Positions 26,900-39,449 of a stretch of 64,000 bases of DNA are shown in pieces. The position numbers were made by a program, and so were the translations under genes. The notes beneath the pieces are model-generated. The model saw only the letters and a program-made list of their open reading frames with translations, had not been told where the DNA came from and ran no database searches. Position 1 is the first letter of the stretch; every line of letters begins with the position of its first letter. The stretch is taken from contig MNCI01003361.1 of the NCBI GenBank assembly GCA_015680685.1, positions 86,942 to 150,941 on the forward strand, given 5' to 3'. Origin of the DNA: Gnetum montanum (lineage: Eukaryota; Plantae; Gnetophyta).

Positions 26900-27562
26900 A
26901 TTTACATCTATGAACTACCGTTCTTCTTCCAATGCTCGTTAGAGATCTTCTTCAATATTATTCTCTAATTCTTTATAAAGATATTGAACATAGAGCCACT
27001 TTGTTTCAATATCCTCATCATTAAAACCAAGATTGTGCTTTACATCTCTAAATAGATGACGCAAAAACAACATAGCCTAACAACATTCAATCCATCTTTA
27101 CTTTCCTTGCTTCGGAGAAATGAGAAATTTCAGATAATATCTCATAATAGCCTTTGGTTCCAAGTGGTATAAATTTTAAGTTGGTTTCTCTTTGTTCTTC
27201 ATGTTGCAATTATACTCTATAAAAGCTTGTAGCAATGATGTTGTTTCTAATAAACATTAATAACTATTGTGTAGTTTTCACATTCATCTATTTTCTTTGC
27301 ATGACTATACTCTACTAGAGGAACTTCATACTACATGTGATCGTCTATCATGCCAATGTCTTTTTCTGCAGTAGCATCTATCATAAGTCTCCCATTGACA
27401 AATAAAGCATCGCCATAAGGACTCCTTGACTCTAAAATTTGTGGTAGCATGTCATAAAAAGATTGTGATTTTTTTTTAGATTTTGTTGCATATTGTACAC
27501 TATATTTTATAACAACATACCATGACATAATAGGCTGAAAGTCTAAATTTGTCCTCCACATA
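26900..27562 (-). mobile_element. Helitron-like Rep, C-terminal part (left of the LTR insertion)
   Basis: MWRTNLDFQPIMSWYVVIKYSVQYATKSKKKSQ matches the WRANxDxxP...KY..KY..K catalytic-tyrosine region; left end approximate. Confidence 0.8.
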
Positions 27563-28393
27563 TGATGGGACGCAATATCGCATCGGCCGCGATATCGCAT
27601 CCCTCGCGATATCGCGTCGTCCCCCGCAACATCGCGTACGCAATATCGTGATGCGCCGCAAAGTCTATAAATAAGAGGCGGCTCTCCCTTGTTTTCCATC
27701 CTAGGCTTAGACCGTAGTGAAACTTTGGCAGTTTGATCCCTCCATAGATAGAATATTTTCCATGTGCCCGCAATAGGAACTCCAAAGTGAACGGATCTTT
27801 ATTTGAGCAAATATTGTACCTGAACACATATTTGTGTACGGAAATAAAGACGAACTTCCCAGATAAACCTTGCAGTGCATGAAATAAGCTAAATAGGATT
27901 TTATTTATTGTTATTTACTGTTTTCCATTTAAATGCTTTATTAGTTATTAATTCTCTCTCAACCCTTCTCTCCTAGTTAAGTGCCTCAGTACGATCGCTT
28001 CGAGCACATGCGTTACGCGTGGTGATCCCAGCAACGACTAGCGTTTGGTAACCATGGTTGCATTGGTTCAGGGTGTGAACGATAAGTGGGAATGGATGCT
28101 GACGCTAGGTTAATTCAGACTTAGTTAGTTAGTTAGAGTTAGTTTGTTAATCTCTTCAATCCTTCACCTCAATAGCATAGGAGATAAAACCAGAAAAGAC
28201 ATAAAAATCATATACATCAGACTTACTTAACCATACACCGTGACAAATACAAGTAAGTCTAGGAAGACAATGAATAATTAACCTTAAGTGTTCCATGAGG
28301 CGTGTAGGCACTTAGTTTGCAAAGTTCGACCGGATCGCGCGTGTTACGCTCATATTCGTATAGTTGAGTGTAGGGGTACCTCACCACTCATCA
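27563..28393 (+). repeat. 5' LTR of element 1 (831 bp)
   Basis: Direct repeat of 33820-34681; CGATATCG array followed by TATAAATA. Confidence 0.95.
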
Positions 28394-28394
28394 T

Positions 28395-28413
28395 TGGCGC
28401 CGTTGTCAGGGAC
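28395..28413 (+). promoter_or_regulatory. Primer-binding site, tRNA-Asp type (Athila)
   Basis: tggcgccgttgtcagggac, close to TGGCGCCGTTGCCGGGGA, 1 nt after the LTR. Confidence 0.85.
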
Positions 28414-28535
28414 AAAGTGTTTGTGCGCTAAGTAGAACATAAGAGATCATTCACATCGCTAGGAGCTTACACGAACCTTAGGGTTAATTAAATAAAAAAT
28501 TATATAGCGGTTAATTAGCACACCGATAAGACATA

Positions 28536-31500
28536 ATGTCTTCTTCTTTTTCTCACAAGAGCAATACACCACCTAGGGACAATACAAAGAATAGTCGGCA
28601 ATCAAAAACACATAACCTAAATCCGCCAGTTCCTCAACAATATAGGGTGGTATATACTCATCCCGATGAGTATATACCTAACTTTACCTTTATCCTCCAT
28701 CAAGATGAACAGATGCGCTGGAGAGACTTGTAGGGTAACATATTGTTACATCTAGATCGTGCAGTCCCCAACATGCTCCTCTGTGCTCTGGCATAGATCG
28801 GCATGACGAAATTATATGCTGAATACGTTGCGGCAAATTTTGACACAAGGGATTATCATCCCATAGCCGCACAATGTATGAGGGACTTAAGGCAGGAGAG
28901 CCAACATAAACTGTTGAAGGGCAAAGAGGTCCCGCACGTCCTAAGTGAAATGGGAGATGGTGAACCATTTATAACCAGTTCTCTATCAAAAGATGTTCCC
29001 CCTCCTAACGATAGTGAAAAGGTGGGGTATCAGAACCTACGCTTCACGATACACAACCCTGGTTCTGATCCCTGTGAACACCAACTATTCACTGAGGGAA
29101 CAACAACATATAACAAGGACGGGCACTCAGATCGTCACCATGATCGGGGCCGAAGCCACAGAATAGAAGGTAAGAAACATCATCATGGTGATGGCTCTCC
29201 TTCTTTTTCTCCTTCTTCACATCACTCACCCTCTCCTTCCACCTCTAGGCGCAGTCATAGAGAGCATAATGGTGAGGATAGAGGTAGAAAAAATGAGAGA
29301 CCTTGACGAGAGAGTCAAGAGCGAGGACAAGGGCATGAACGAAGGGAAAGTAGAGAACAACGTAGACATCATAGACGTCATGAAAGAGATGATCATGACG
29401 AACCCCTACTTGCCACCTAAAGCATGCTAAATATAATGGAGGCAGTGAGAATACCAACAAGGCATTTAAAAGATAGTCGGATCAAGCGCTTAGACATGAA
29501 CAATATCCCACGCTTCGAAGGGGGATACAACGTAGATCCGCAAAATCATTTACAAGCATTCCATGATGCCTGCGCCTTGCAGAACATAGAAAACTAGTGG
29601 CAGAAACTGAAGTTGTTTCCCAGGACACTCATCAAGGAAGCAGAGAGTCGGTACCGGTCATTAGAACCGGAAACCATTAGGAGGTGGAGTACGATGTTAG
29701 AACTCTTCAATGATAAGTATCAGATGCACTCCAAAGTGTCTAATTTGTGTAAGCAAATCCAAGGATGGAAGCAAGGTATTCATGAACCCTTGGATGCTGC
29801 CATGGGCCGCTACTATGCATTACTACATCGTTGCCCGGGCCATGGTTACGCACAGCAAGATCAACTCCGCCACATCGTAGATGGGCTAAGGTATGAAACC
29901 AGGAAAACCCTTGGGACTTATGCCCAAGGGAGACTATCAGAACTTAGATCCCATGAAATTCATCGCTTGTTGGAACAAGTAGCCAAAGAAGAAGGGAAGC
30001 TACGAAAAAGGGAAAGTGCGGAAAAATATAATTGTGATCCCTCTCTTCGAAAGAAGGGAGTGAGATTTTGCGATGAAGAGGATGAGTCACCACTCAAAGA
30101 GTTGGTGAATAGAAAAACCTTGCCGATTCAAAAGCTAACAACGCAAATATTGGCTAAGGCAGATGAAGTATCGAGCTCCTTAGATAGTAAAATTGAAACT
30201 ATCCCAAAGATTGTAGAGGAGTCTAAGGAGGAACAAAGTAGTGACAAGGACAAGTAAAAGCGGAGAGATTCAGGCCCTGCACGTGACAAGGGTAAGGGGA
30301 AAATAACTATCTCCGATAAGGTTGTGAACTCAGACACAAACGATGACAGTGGATGTGAGATCTACCACTATGACCATCCTAAGGGATGTTGTCCAATCAT
30401 CTCACATCTACAAGAGTCTGGGGTGTATGCACTCAACCTGAGACTCAACAAACGGCAAACACCCCGAAGGTTACCTTATCCTCAAGGTAACCCAAGACAG
30501 TTCCACCAACCATTAATGTACTATCCAAGTGGAACTCCACCACAACCCATCGGACAACATCAGCAGTGGCAATACCCACAGTCATGGCGGATGCCACCGC
30601 TGAAACAACAGTACCCTTACCGACAGCCAGACCCATATGGTTACTACGTGCAGCAGCTGATTTCTCCAAGTGACTCCATCGGTCACACAACTCCCCAACG
30701 TCACTACCAAGTTCAGGAGTACTTTAGAAGGACTCCTTCTCCTCCGGGAGATGTTCCATACCCATACCATCCTCCTACTCCATCCGAACCTCTTCCACCG
30801 GTAGTTCCCATAACACCTCCTGCTCCAACAATGCAAGGGGAACTCCCCACTCAGCTGCAGCAACGAAATGCTACAAGAGCTGTAAACATTCAACCCACTG
30901 CTAGTTCTGACAACCGCAAAAAGAGAAGACCTTTCTTCAAAACCAAAAGCCCAGACAAGCTCTCACAACAACAAGTGGTTGAGTCTAGGTACACTCCTCC
31001 AACACATAAGGCTTCAGAGCTTCCTTCCATCCAACAACAGAGCTTAACGTATACAGTTATGTTAACGCATACTGTAACCGACTGGATCAAGGTAGGCCAC
31101 CTTCCCAGGAAACTATCTGACCCTGGGAGTTCCTTAATCTATCTCCAAGTTGCCGGGAACGAACCACATAAGGCTCTTCTTGACTCAGGTTCTGAAGTCA
31201 ACCTAATTTCACAAGAGATGTATCAAGCCTAAAACCTGCCCCAACTTAAGAAGAGCAACATTCAACTAAAGCTGGCAGACCAGTCCATCACCATTCCCTT
31301 GGGATTGGTGGAGGACATCGTTACCACTGTGTGGTTGGTCTTACCCAGCTGATTTCCTGGTGATTGAAGTCAACAACAATGAAGGGGACTTCCCAATTAT
31401 AATGGGAAGGGCATGGCTGAGTACAGTATACGCATGCCTAGGAATTCGTGATCTTTCCTTGGAAATCGCTAAGGTAAACATTTATGGAAAGATCGAGAAG

Positions 31501-31668
31501 AAGAAAGTTCCATGCATCACATACAATGATTCATCGGTTGATGACATGGAGGAATGCTCCATGTCTCCTCCATGCAACAAGTGTGCCCTTGAAACTATGA
31601 GACAAAGATGCCTGTATGTAGCAACAACACAACCAGTAGTAGACACCCCGTGGTTGACAGCTAGTTGA
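28536..31668 (+). pseudogene. gag-protease polyprotein of element 1, interrupted by stops and frameshifts
   Basis: FEGGYNVDPQNHLQAFHDAC...LKLFPRTL (Retrotrans_gag-like); CEIYHYDHPKGCCP knuckle; proline-rich region; DPGS/ALLDSGS protease; DFPIIMGRAWL. Confidence 0.88.
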
Positions 31669-31917
31669 AAGAGCAACCGACAAACATGCATGGAACGAAC
31701 TAGGGAAATAACCCATGCCAACAACGAAGGCATAGATACCCTAGAATATGAGCGTCGCCAACTTCCACCCCTTAATCTAAGAACATCAATTGGGAGAAGT
31801 TGGGCACTTCTACGAAATTCAAACAAGCGCTCATTATTTCAGATCTCTCCCTTTCCATTCAGTCATGGGGAAGATGGCCACCTATGCTAACCATTTGGGG
31901 GCCCTCGGTTCTTTTTA

Positions 31918-32068
31918 ATTTTTGTTTTACACATTTTTGTTTTCCACATTTTTGTTTTACAAGTTTTTGTTTTACATGTTTTTGTTTTACACGTTTTTGT
32001 TTTACACATTTTTGTTTTCCACATTTTTGCTTTACATGTTTTTGTTTTACACATTTTTGTTTTACAAA
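31918..32068. repeat. 15-bp tandem minisatellite (tttttgttttacaca)n, followed by (GT)n and an N gap at 32149-32161
   Basis: About 10 near-identical units visible directly. Confidence 0.9.
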
Positions 32069-33450
32069 TTTCTTTAACTTTTCTTGTTTTTATTTTTCAA
32101 CATCGTTATACTTTTTCATTGTGTGTGTGTGTGTGTGTGTTATCCACCNNNNNNNNNNNNNGCTAATGTTTGATTTTTACCTTTAAGTCATGATGTTGAT
32201 ACTAAGGTATGTTTCTTTTGATATGGCAAGCAATGAGTTCACTTCATCCATCCATCCACCAGTTTCTATGGTCTCTCTTGGCTTGGAAATGTACAGTCTC
32301 TTTCTAAATAAGAACTTTAACGAATTAGTGACTGGGCATTTCTCAAACTAGGGCAGGACTCAAGGATTGAAAAGGATGTGACTTCAAGGGAACTTGATGC
32401 ATTTGTGTTGGTTGTTCTCTTGGGTGCTTGGATGTTTTCTTCTTGAGCTTTCTTGCCGCTTTGACATTACCCAATTATCAGGAACCCGAGCAATAAAAAT
32501 AGCAAACTCTTTGCATGGTGTGGTTCTCACACATAAACATATAAAACATTAAAAAAAAAGTGAGAATTCAAAACACACCCCTTAGACGGAATAATCCCTT
32601 GGGCTACAAGCACTAGTTATGGAACTCAAAATAAAAATGTTCCCTCTAACTAAGGCCCTTCTCGCTTCCCATTCTCTCCTTTTTGTTTCGTCGGAATGGT
32701 GGTGGCTCTTAGAGAAGACATTTTTGTTACTTCAAGGGGATGGATTCACCGAATGCATTGATGCGAAGTCCCTGTAAGTGATTTGTTGAGGCCGGACTTG
32801 GAATGAGACCTGCTAAGTCACATTAATCATAAACTACATAAGGGGCTATACACCACCTTGTTCTTGGGATTCCATTCTATTCTCCTCTCCATTGTTCACC
32901 TCATTGTCGGTTGTATCATTAGTGTATATTTTAGTTGACGCATTGTTTTCTTTTTGGTAAATTTCTTGCGGTTAAGACTTTAACTCTTATTCCAAATGAC
33001 ATTCCTAGAGCCTATGGACTCTTTGAATGTGGGTTTGTCAGGGCATTAAGGGCATAAACCTGCTTTGGGGAGGACCCATTGACATTCCTATTTGGTGCAC
33101 CAATTAACTTTTTTTCCCTAACATTTTTGCAATTAATTTTATTTTGTTCATTTCCATCTTGACATCCATTTCATCAATGCTATAGTTGTCTCTTTTTCCT
33201 CATCTTTCCTGTTCCTTTTCTTTCTCCCTTTTAACACTACTGGAGGTTCACGATTAGTCATGGGGGTACAGAGCCCAATTTTTTCGATTTTCTCCTAACC
33301 CCTACACCTTCGGTAGTCATCAATATTTTATTTGTAGATTCGTATCAGTCGTACCACAACTCAATCAATGGACCTTTCACCGAAGCAAGGTATCCACTGC
33401 ATTGAAATTCATTTACCCTTGCTAATATAAAAACTATGTTGTGTGTGCAG

Positions 33451-33630
33451 ATGACAATCATACAACAACAGATTGGATCTAGAGGGAACACTTGGAATGG
33501 AGCAGTGCTGGAAGCAGCTATGCAAGGAGCAAGATCGATGGCGCGCTTCCAGATGAACAACGAAAGGCACAATCTTGACGTTGGCAGCAGCAACACTTCT
33601 TTCTCTCTCTCTTTCTCAGCTGCCAAATGA
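33451..33630 (+). CDS. Putative 59-aa spliced cargo ORF at the 'env-like' position of element 1
   Basis: Branch point gctaat (33421), acceptor gtgtgcag|ATG; open to TGA; same position as the long accessory ORF in element 2. Confidence 0.35.
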   Translation: MTIIQQQIGSRGNTWNGAVLEAAMQGARSMARFQMNNERHNLDVGSSNTSFSLSFSAAK

Positions 33631-33819
33631 GGCCTGATGTCAATGTAATAAGGTGTTCACTCTTGTTGTCCTGAACACTAGTTTTGTTGTCTTGTAATGA
33701 TGATCCATTCACATGTCACCCCATTAGTTCCATTTGCTCCATTTGAGTCAATAATCCCATACCTTCCCGATATTATTGTAAGGAACTCGAGAACAAGTTT
33801 TCATTTAGTCATGGGGGTA

Positions 33820-34681
33820 TGATGGGACGCGACATCGCATGTGCCGCGATATCACGTAAATACACGATATCACGACCGTCGCGATATCGCATCCCTTGCA
33901 ATATCGCGTCGTCCCCCACGATATCGCTAACGCAATATCGTGGTGCGCCACAAAGTATATAAATAAGAGGCGGCTCTCCCTTGTTTTCCATCCTAGGCTT
34001 AGACCGTAGTAAAACTCTGACAATTTGATCCCTCCATAGATAGAATATTTTCCTGTTGCCCACAGTAGGAACTCCAAAGTGAATGAATCTTTATTCAAGC
34101 AGATCTTGTACCTAAACACATATTTGTGTATGAAAATAAAGACGAACTTCCTGGATAAACCTTACAGTGCATGGAATAGGCTAAATAGGATTTTATTTAT
34201 TATTATTTACTGTTTTCCATTTAAATGCTTTATTAGTTATTAATTCTCTCTAAACCCTTCTCTCCTAGTTAAGTGCCTCAGTACAACCGCTTCGAGCACG
34301 TGCATTACGCGTGGTGATCCTAGCAACAACTAGCGTTTGGTAATCACAGTTGCATTGGTTTAGGGTGTGACCAATAAGTGGGAACGGATGCTGACGCTAG
34401 GTTAATTCAGACTTAGTTAGTTAGTTAGAGTTAGTTGGTTAATCTCTTCAACCCTTCACCTCAATAGCATAGGAAATACAACCAGAAAAGATATAAAAAT
34501 CATATACCTCAAACTTACTTAACCATACACCATGACAAATACAAGTCTGGGAAGACAACGAATAATTAACCTTACGTATTCCATGAGGCGTGTAGGCACG
34601 TAGTTTGCGGAGTTCGATCGGATCGCGCGTGTTACGCTCGTATTCGTATGGTTGAGTGTAGGGGTACCTCGCCACTCATCA
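33820..34681 (+). repeat. 3' LTR of element 1 (862 bp)
   Basis: Follows the PPT atgggggta; ends ccactcatca, then the TSD. Confidence 0.95.
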
Positions 34682-37450
34682 ACATCTAAAGCAACATCCT
34701 ACTATGAACAGTAAGCCTTGAATCATTCTTTTAAGGAACATAAGCAATTTCATTATTGTAGACATAATTGCTTATGTTCCTCATTCTTTTAAGACTTGAT
34801 CGTACACATAATTGCCAAAAAAACATTGTACCTACAAAACAAAGATAAATATCTAAAGAATTTTTATACAAAGATACCTTAAACTTTCAATGCTACTAGA
34901 AAACAATGAAACTGTGATGAAATAGTAAGAAAATAAGAATTTAATACAAATGTAATACCAAGAAACTTCTTTGCCATTACGTTTTCTCAAGTATGCACTT
35001 GATTTACATACAATATGTCATTGAACAACATTAAGCAAATTAACCTAATCAGTTTTTAAATCCATGCCTTCTAGTTGTTGAGCAATTAATTCACATGGAT
35101 TATGCAACATATTTATTTATAAAGCCTAAGTGAAAGGACAAAATGAAAGATAAGTCACTAAAAAACCAGTTCTTGCATATTTCCAACAATATTAGCAAAA
35201 ATATTTCTGCAAGTACATAAAGAATAAATGAAAAATTACATTGTTTTGTTATTCATTTGTTGTAAATTTTGGATTCCATGCATCTGTTATTGAATCACAA
35301 ATTTTTTTGGCCTTATGTATCACATTAAAATCATTTTGATCTAATTCATTTACTTTAGAGCACATTGTATTCATAGGAAACTATGTAAATGTGAAGATCC
35401 ACAATGCTACGACTCGTATAGTGTCCAATAGTCAACAACATGGAATTCCTTTATCAAAGCTGCATTTAGAAAGACAATGTAATAATGATGCAAGAACTCT
35501 ATCACTATATGCGGATTTTCTATAATAATATTCTACCTCCATCATTTCAACTCTAATGAATATTTAGGTGGATCTTCGTTCATTAGATTATGTAGCTAAG
35601 TCCACTAGAGATCTACTACATAAAGAGTAACAAAATTAGTAAATTTTCCTAATTGATTCACCATGTCACTTAGCTCTCTACTTTACATTTTCTTCAGTAA
35701 GATGGTGTGTTGCGAATGGAGGTATCATATCACATCAAATTACCAACAACAATATGTGATGAAACATTATGCAATTGCTCACGTAGTTCTTCAACAAATA
35801 TGGATGTATCAACAATATTTTTTTTACAAAAGCATAGACGTAGAATCCACTGCATCTCCCATTTTAATGATATTATAGATATAATACCTAAAAATAAATC
35901 ATACATCATTGCATCAAAGTACAATAACATAGAAATAATAAAAATAAAATAAATCAAGAAATGATTTTTACCTAAAATGCTTATGTCATCCAAATTCATC
36001 ATTCTTATAGCAAAGCAAATGTTCTGCATATTCATGCAATTTGACGTTAATAGCTCTTTCATTAAGTAAAATACATTTTTTCTCAAAAAAAAGACTTGAA
36101 AATGTCATCACAAACAACCTTATCATATTACACTCATTAATAGAAGAATTAGACTTCCTATAATGATGGATTATGTAACCATGCTCTTATCCATTTAATT
36201 TCCATCCTTACAATCATAGGACACTCAACAACTGATGATGTATATCTAATAATGTTTTCTTCATTAATTTGAAGTAGTGACCCTTAAAACTCTAATCTCA
36301 GTTATTCATCCTTTTTTGACAAAGCGATATAAAGAATGCTATGAAAGACATTCACCTCATTGGTACCAATAACATCATCCAATGCATGCATATCAAGCTC
36401 AACATCATGATAATATGGATCACTTTCCTTTTTACAAAGTAGGCCATTATAAAATCTTCTCTTGTTAACTATTAAATTATACTCTATACCTATTTGATTC
36501 ACTCTTCCCATACTTTAAACTATTACCTCAGTTATTCATCCTTTTTTGACAAATCGATATAAAGAATGCTATGAAAGACATTCACCTCATTGTTACCAAT
36601 AACATCATCCAATGCATGCATACCAAGCTCAACATCATGATAATATGGCTCACTTTCCTTTTTACAAAGTAGGGCATTATGAAATCTTCTCTTGTTAACT
36701 ATTAAATTATACTCTATACCTATTTGATCCACTCTTCCCATACTTTAAAAAGCGATATCTTTAATTCTAAAAGGAAATCTCATAGCAATCTTTATAACAT
36801 CTTGAGGAAAGCTAATTGTATGATCCTTATACTTGAGCTATCCACCCATTACATATGTAACTTGTAATATGAGATTAATTTTTGCATTTAACATTTCTTT
36901 AACCTTAGTTAAATTTGCTATAATAGATAGTTAGTATCCTAGATCCATGTTATTTTCTGCGGAAAATTGCTTAATCTCCTAACCAAAACTATCAACAATA
37001 TATTTTGTATCTTTTCTTTCTTACACTTGTTGCATGTTGAACTTGTAATTCTTGTTAAAATGAGTAATATGTTATGATATATTTCATTACAAACATCACA
37101 AGATCAAGGATTAGTAATTTCATAACTATAGTATTAAAATTCTGAATCATGCGAGTAATTTGTATAGATGTCCTTCGTAGGTTTGGGAAAGAGTGAATTA
37201 TTTCTAAAGAATACACTTCCATTTTTATTATAGTAGTAATATTTGAAGGCTTGTGCATTTGATCAAATGATTCTTCCTCACATTGCCATTGCCTAATTCA
37301 ACACTTGCTCTTGTAATACCGTGTCCATCAATGATCTTGTCACAATTGTTCTTCTACATCTATGATGTTTGGTATAGATGTATATCAAATAACAGGTTTG
37401 AATGCATTTTCAATATGCTACAACGAATAATCATGTTAGGGAATATGAAT
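34682..37450 (-). mobile_element. Helitron-like (Helitron2/Helentron-type) Rep N-terminal part with a DUF6570-like domain, degenerate
   Basis: FSAENNMDLG...LTKVKEML...GG*LKYKDHTISFPQDV (36760-36970); FVTLYVVDL*WT*LHNLM, Rep motif 1 (near 35600); DYWTLYES*HCGSSHLHSFL, HUH motif (35370-35435); KRNDSRLTVH continues in frame across the insertion. Confidence 0.85.
36297..36749. repeat. Tandem duplication with a 230-bp period inside the Helitron-like ORF
   Basis: Near-identical ORFs 36302-36511 and 36532-36741. Confidence 0.95.
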
Positions 37451-38044
37451 AAAATATTAAATAAACATAAATAACTTAAATAATGGTAGACAATAAAAAC
37501 CTGCAATTCTTATTGATGATTTATATTATTATAATCAATATAATCAATATAAATGATCATTCTAGAGGAAGAATTTTCAGTTGATGAGAGTAAATTAGAA
37601 ATAGATACAACTCAAAAAATATTTACAATATAGGTATGAAAAAAAATGAAAATATTTAGTAACTTTGTACAATGCAAAAATATTGTAACTTTGTAATACA
37701 ATAATACACCAAATGATTATAAAACAAAAGAATGAATAAATTAAACTTATGATTCTTATTGAATCTATTCTCATTCTTACTAACATCACATTGATTCCTA
37801 TTTCTAAAATCATTTTCTATCTCATGTTCTCATCAATTCTAGATTTATACTTTCTATGATTTGTGGTTGTCTTTGGCCTCATCCATGTCCATAGACACCA
37901 CTACGGCCTCCATAGCTTTGGTATTGGGAATAACAATAATAAGATCCATGTTGAAAAAAATATTGTAATTTCTTTTTAAAAAAACTAGGCAAGAATAGTA
38001 GAACCATGTCATTTGTATTTATAGATACAATGATGCAAGCATTA

Positions 38045-38510
38045 TAATTTTTTCCTACCCAAGTTTGATTTTTCAGCCCAAATTTAGATTTTAATTTCCT
38101 TGCTCATGTGTGAAATCCTTATCCTCTTTTTTTTGGTCAATTTTGTGAGTTTGAAATTTTTTCCTACCCAGAATTTTTTTCTTACTAAAATATCTTCCCA
38201 AGTTTGAATTTTAAATTTTTTCATGATTAAATTTGCAATTTCCAATCTAAATATGTTTCTACCAAAATTTAAGTTTGAATTTTATACTTTCCAACTAAAA
38301 TATGTTTTCACTAGAATTTAAGTTTGAAATTTTTATTTTCCCATCTAAATGTGTTTTTACAAAAATTTAAGTTTGAATTATTTTCTTGTGCAAAATATCT
38401 TCTAACCCAACTTTGAGTTTGAACTTATTTTCCACCGAAATTTAAATTTTCATGCTAAAAGACATTTCCAACGAAGTTTGGATTTTCTTGCCCAAATTTG
38501 AAAACTTCCC
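38045..38510. repeat. Degenerate AT-rich short tandem repeats (tttcctacccaagtttgaatttt-like), possibly subterminal repeats of a DNA transposon
   Basis: Recurrent ccaa/aagtttgaa/atttt units. Confidence 0.5.
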
Positions 38511-38904
38511 ATTAAAGTTTTGACAAAATATATTCTGCATCCATAAATAGAATGGACATTCTTCCATCCCTCTCCTTCCATATAGATTTTGTGCAAATTT
38601 ATATTTTTCCATCCAAATGTATTCTGCCAAATATATTACACATTCACAAAATAGTTTGGATGTCTTCAATTTCCTTATCTTTATCTTCTTCATCTACTTA
38701 TTACTTTCATGGTTACTGTAACTCTTTTTCTTTCTTTTTTCTTCTACTATTCCATTGTAACATGATAATCTTCACTTTTTATTTCATACAAGGGTTGTAA
38801 AGTTTCAAAACATAAAGAGTTATGATCTTTCATTATAAATGATTATGAATCATCATATAATTACAAAAGGAATGACAACATTAATTTCATGAAATTATTT
38901 GATA

Positions 38905-39061
38905 ACAATAAGGTGTTAGCCTAGTGGTAAGACACTTCATTTGGAAGCTCCAGGTCATGGGTACAACTCTGGTAGACAATGCTAAGTTATATAAAGTTCT
39001 ACTTGGATTGTATATCTTGGGGTGTACCTATCCACTAATTTCAGGTTTCAACATTTCTATA
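38905..39061 (+). mobile_element. tRNA-derived SINE
   Basis: A-box tagcctagtgg, degenerate B-box gggtacaactc, flanking direct repeats aaattatttgata (38892-38904) and aaattatttgaca (39062-39074). Confidence 0.65.
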
Positions 39062-39114
39062 AAATTATTTGACACTTAGTTAAGAATTCCATGAGTGGTA
39101 TAGATTATGAGTGC

Positions 39115-39444
39115 TATGGATCTACCTTACAAATCTTAATAGGACCCAATTCCACATACTTCTAAGAAAGATTAACATAGAGAAATAAAAACCCAAAGGA
39201 AATGGAGTAATTTCTTCCTTAATAATAATAGAGTCAAGATTATGAATGTATAATTATTCTCATGGTGGCCAATCAAAAGTTATCATACATACATAGATAA
39301 ATTCCCCTTCATTCACGACGTTATGGATCTACCTTAACAAATCTTAATAGGATCCAATGCCACATACTTCGAAGCAAGATTAACTTGGAGAAATAAGGAC
39401 ACAAAGGAAATGGAGCAATTTCTTCCTTAATAATAATAGAGTCA
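39115..39444. repeat. About 120-bp direct repeat pair (39115-39236 and 39322-39444)
   Basis: tatggatctacctt...ggaaatggag.aatttcttccttaataataatagagtca twice. Confidence 0.85.
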
Positions 39445-39449
39445 TATTA

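Larger units (their letters stand above)
27563..34681 (+). mobile_element. Non-autonomous Athila-like Ty3/Gypsy LTR retrotransposon (element 1: gag and protease, no RT/RH/INT)
   Basis: TGATG...CATCA LTR pair, TSD ACATA/ACATC, tRNA-Asp-type PBS, PPT ttagtcatgggggta, LPRKLSDPGS...ALLDSGSEVNL protease. Confidence 0.93.

Noticed and set aside
27331-27827. Minus-strand ORFs spanning the element 1 LTR
   Set aside because: They are chimeric read-through of antisense LTR sequence into the Helitron Rep fragment.
31800-32186. ORF with FCFTH repeats
   Set aside because: It is the translation of a 15-bp minisatellite running into (GT)n and an N gap.
38911-38975. Functional tRNA gene
   Set aside because: Degenerate B box, no convincing cloverleaf, and flanking target-site-like repeats; called a SINE instead.
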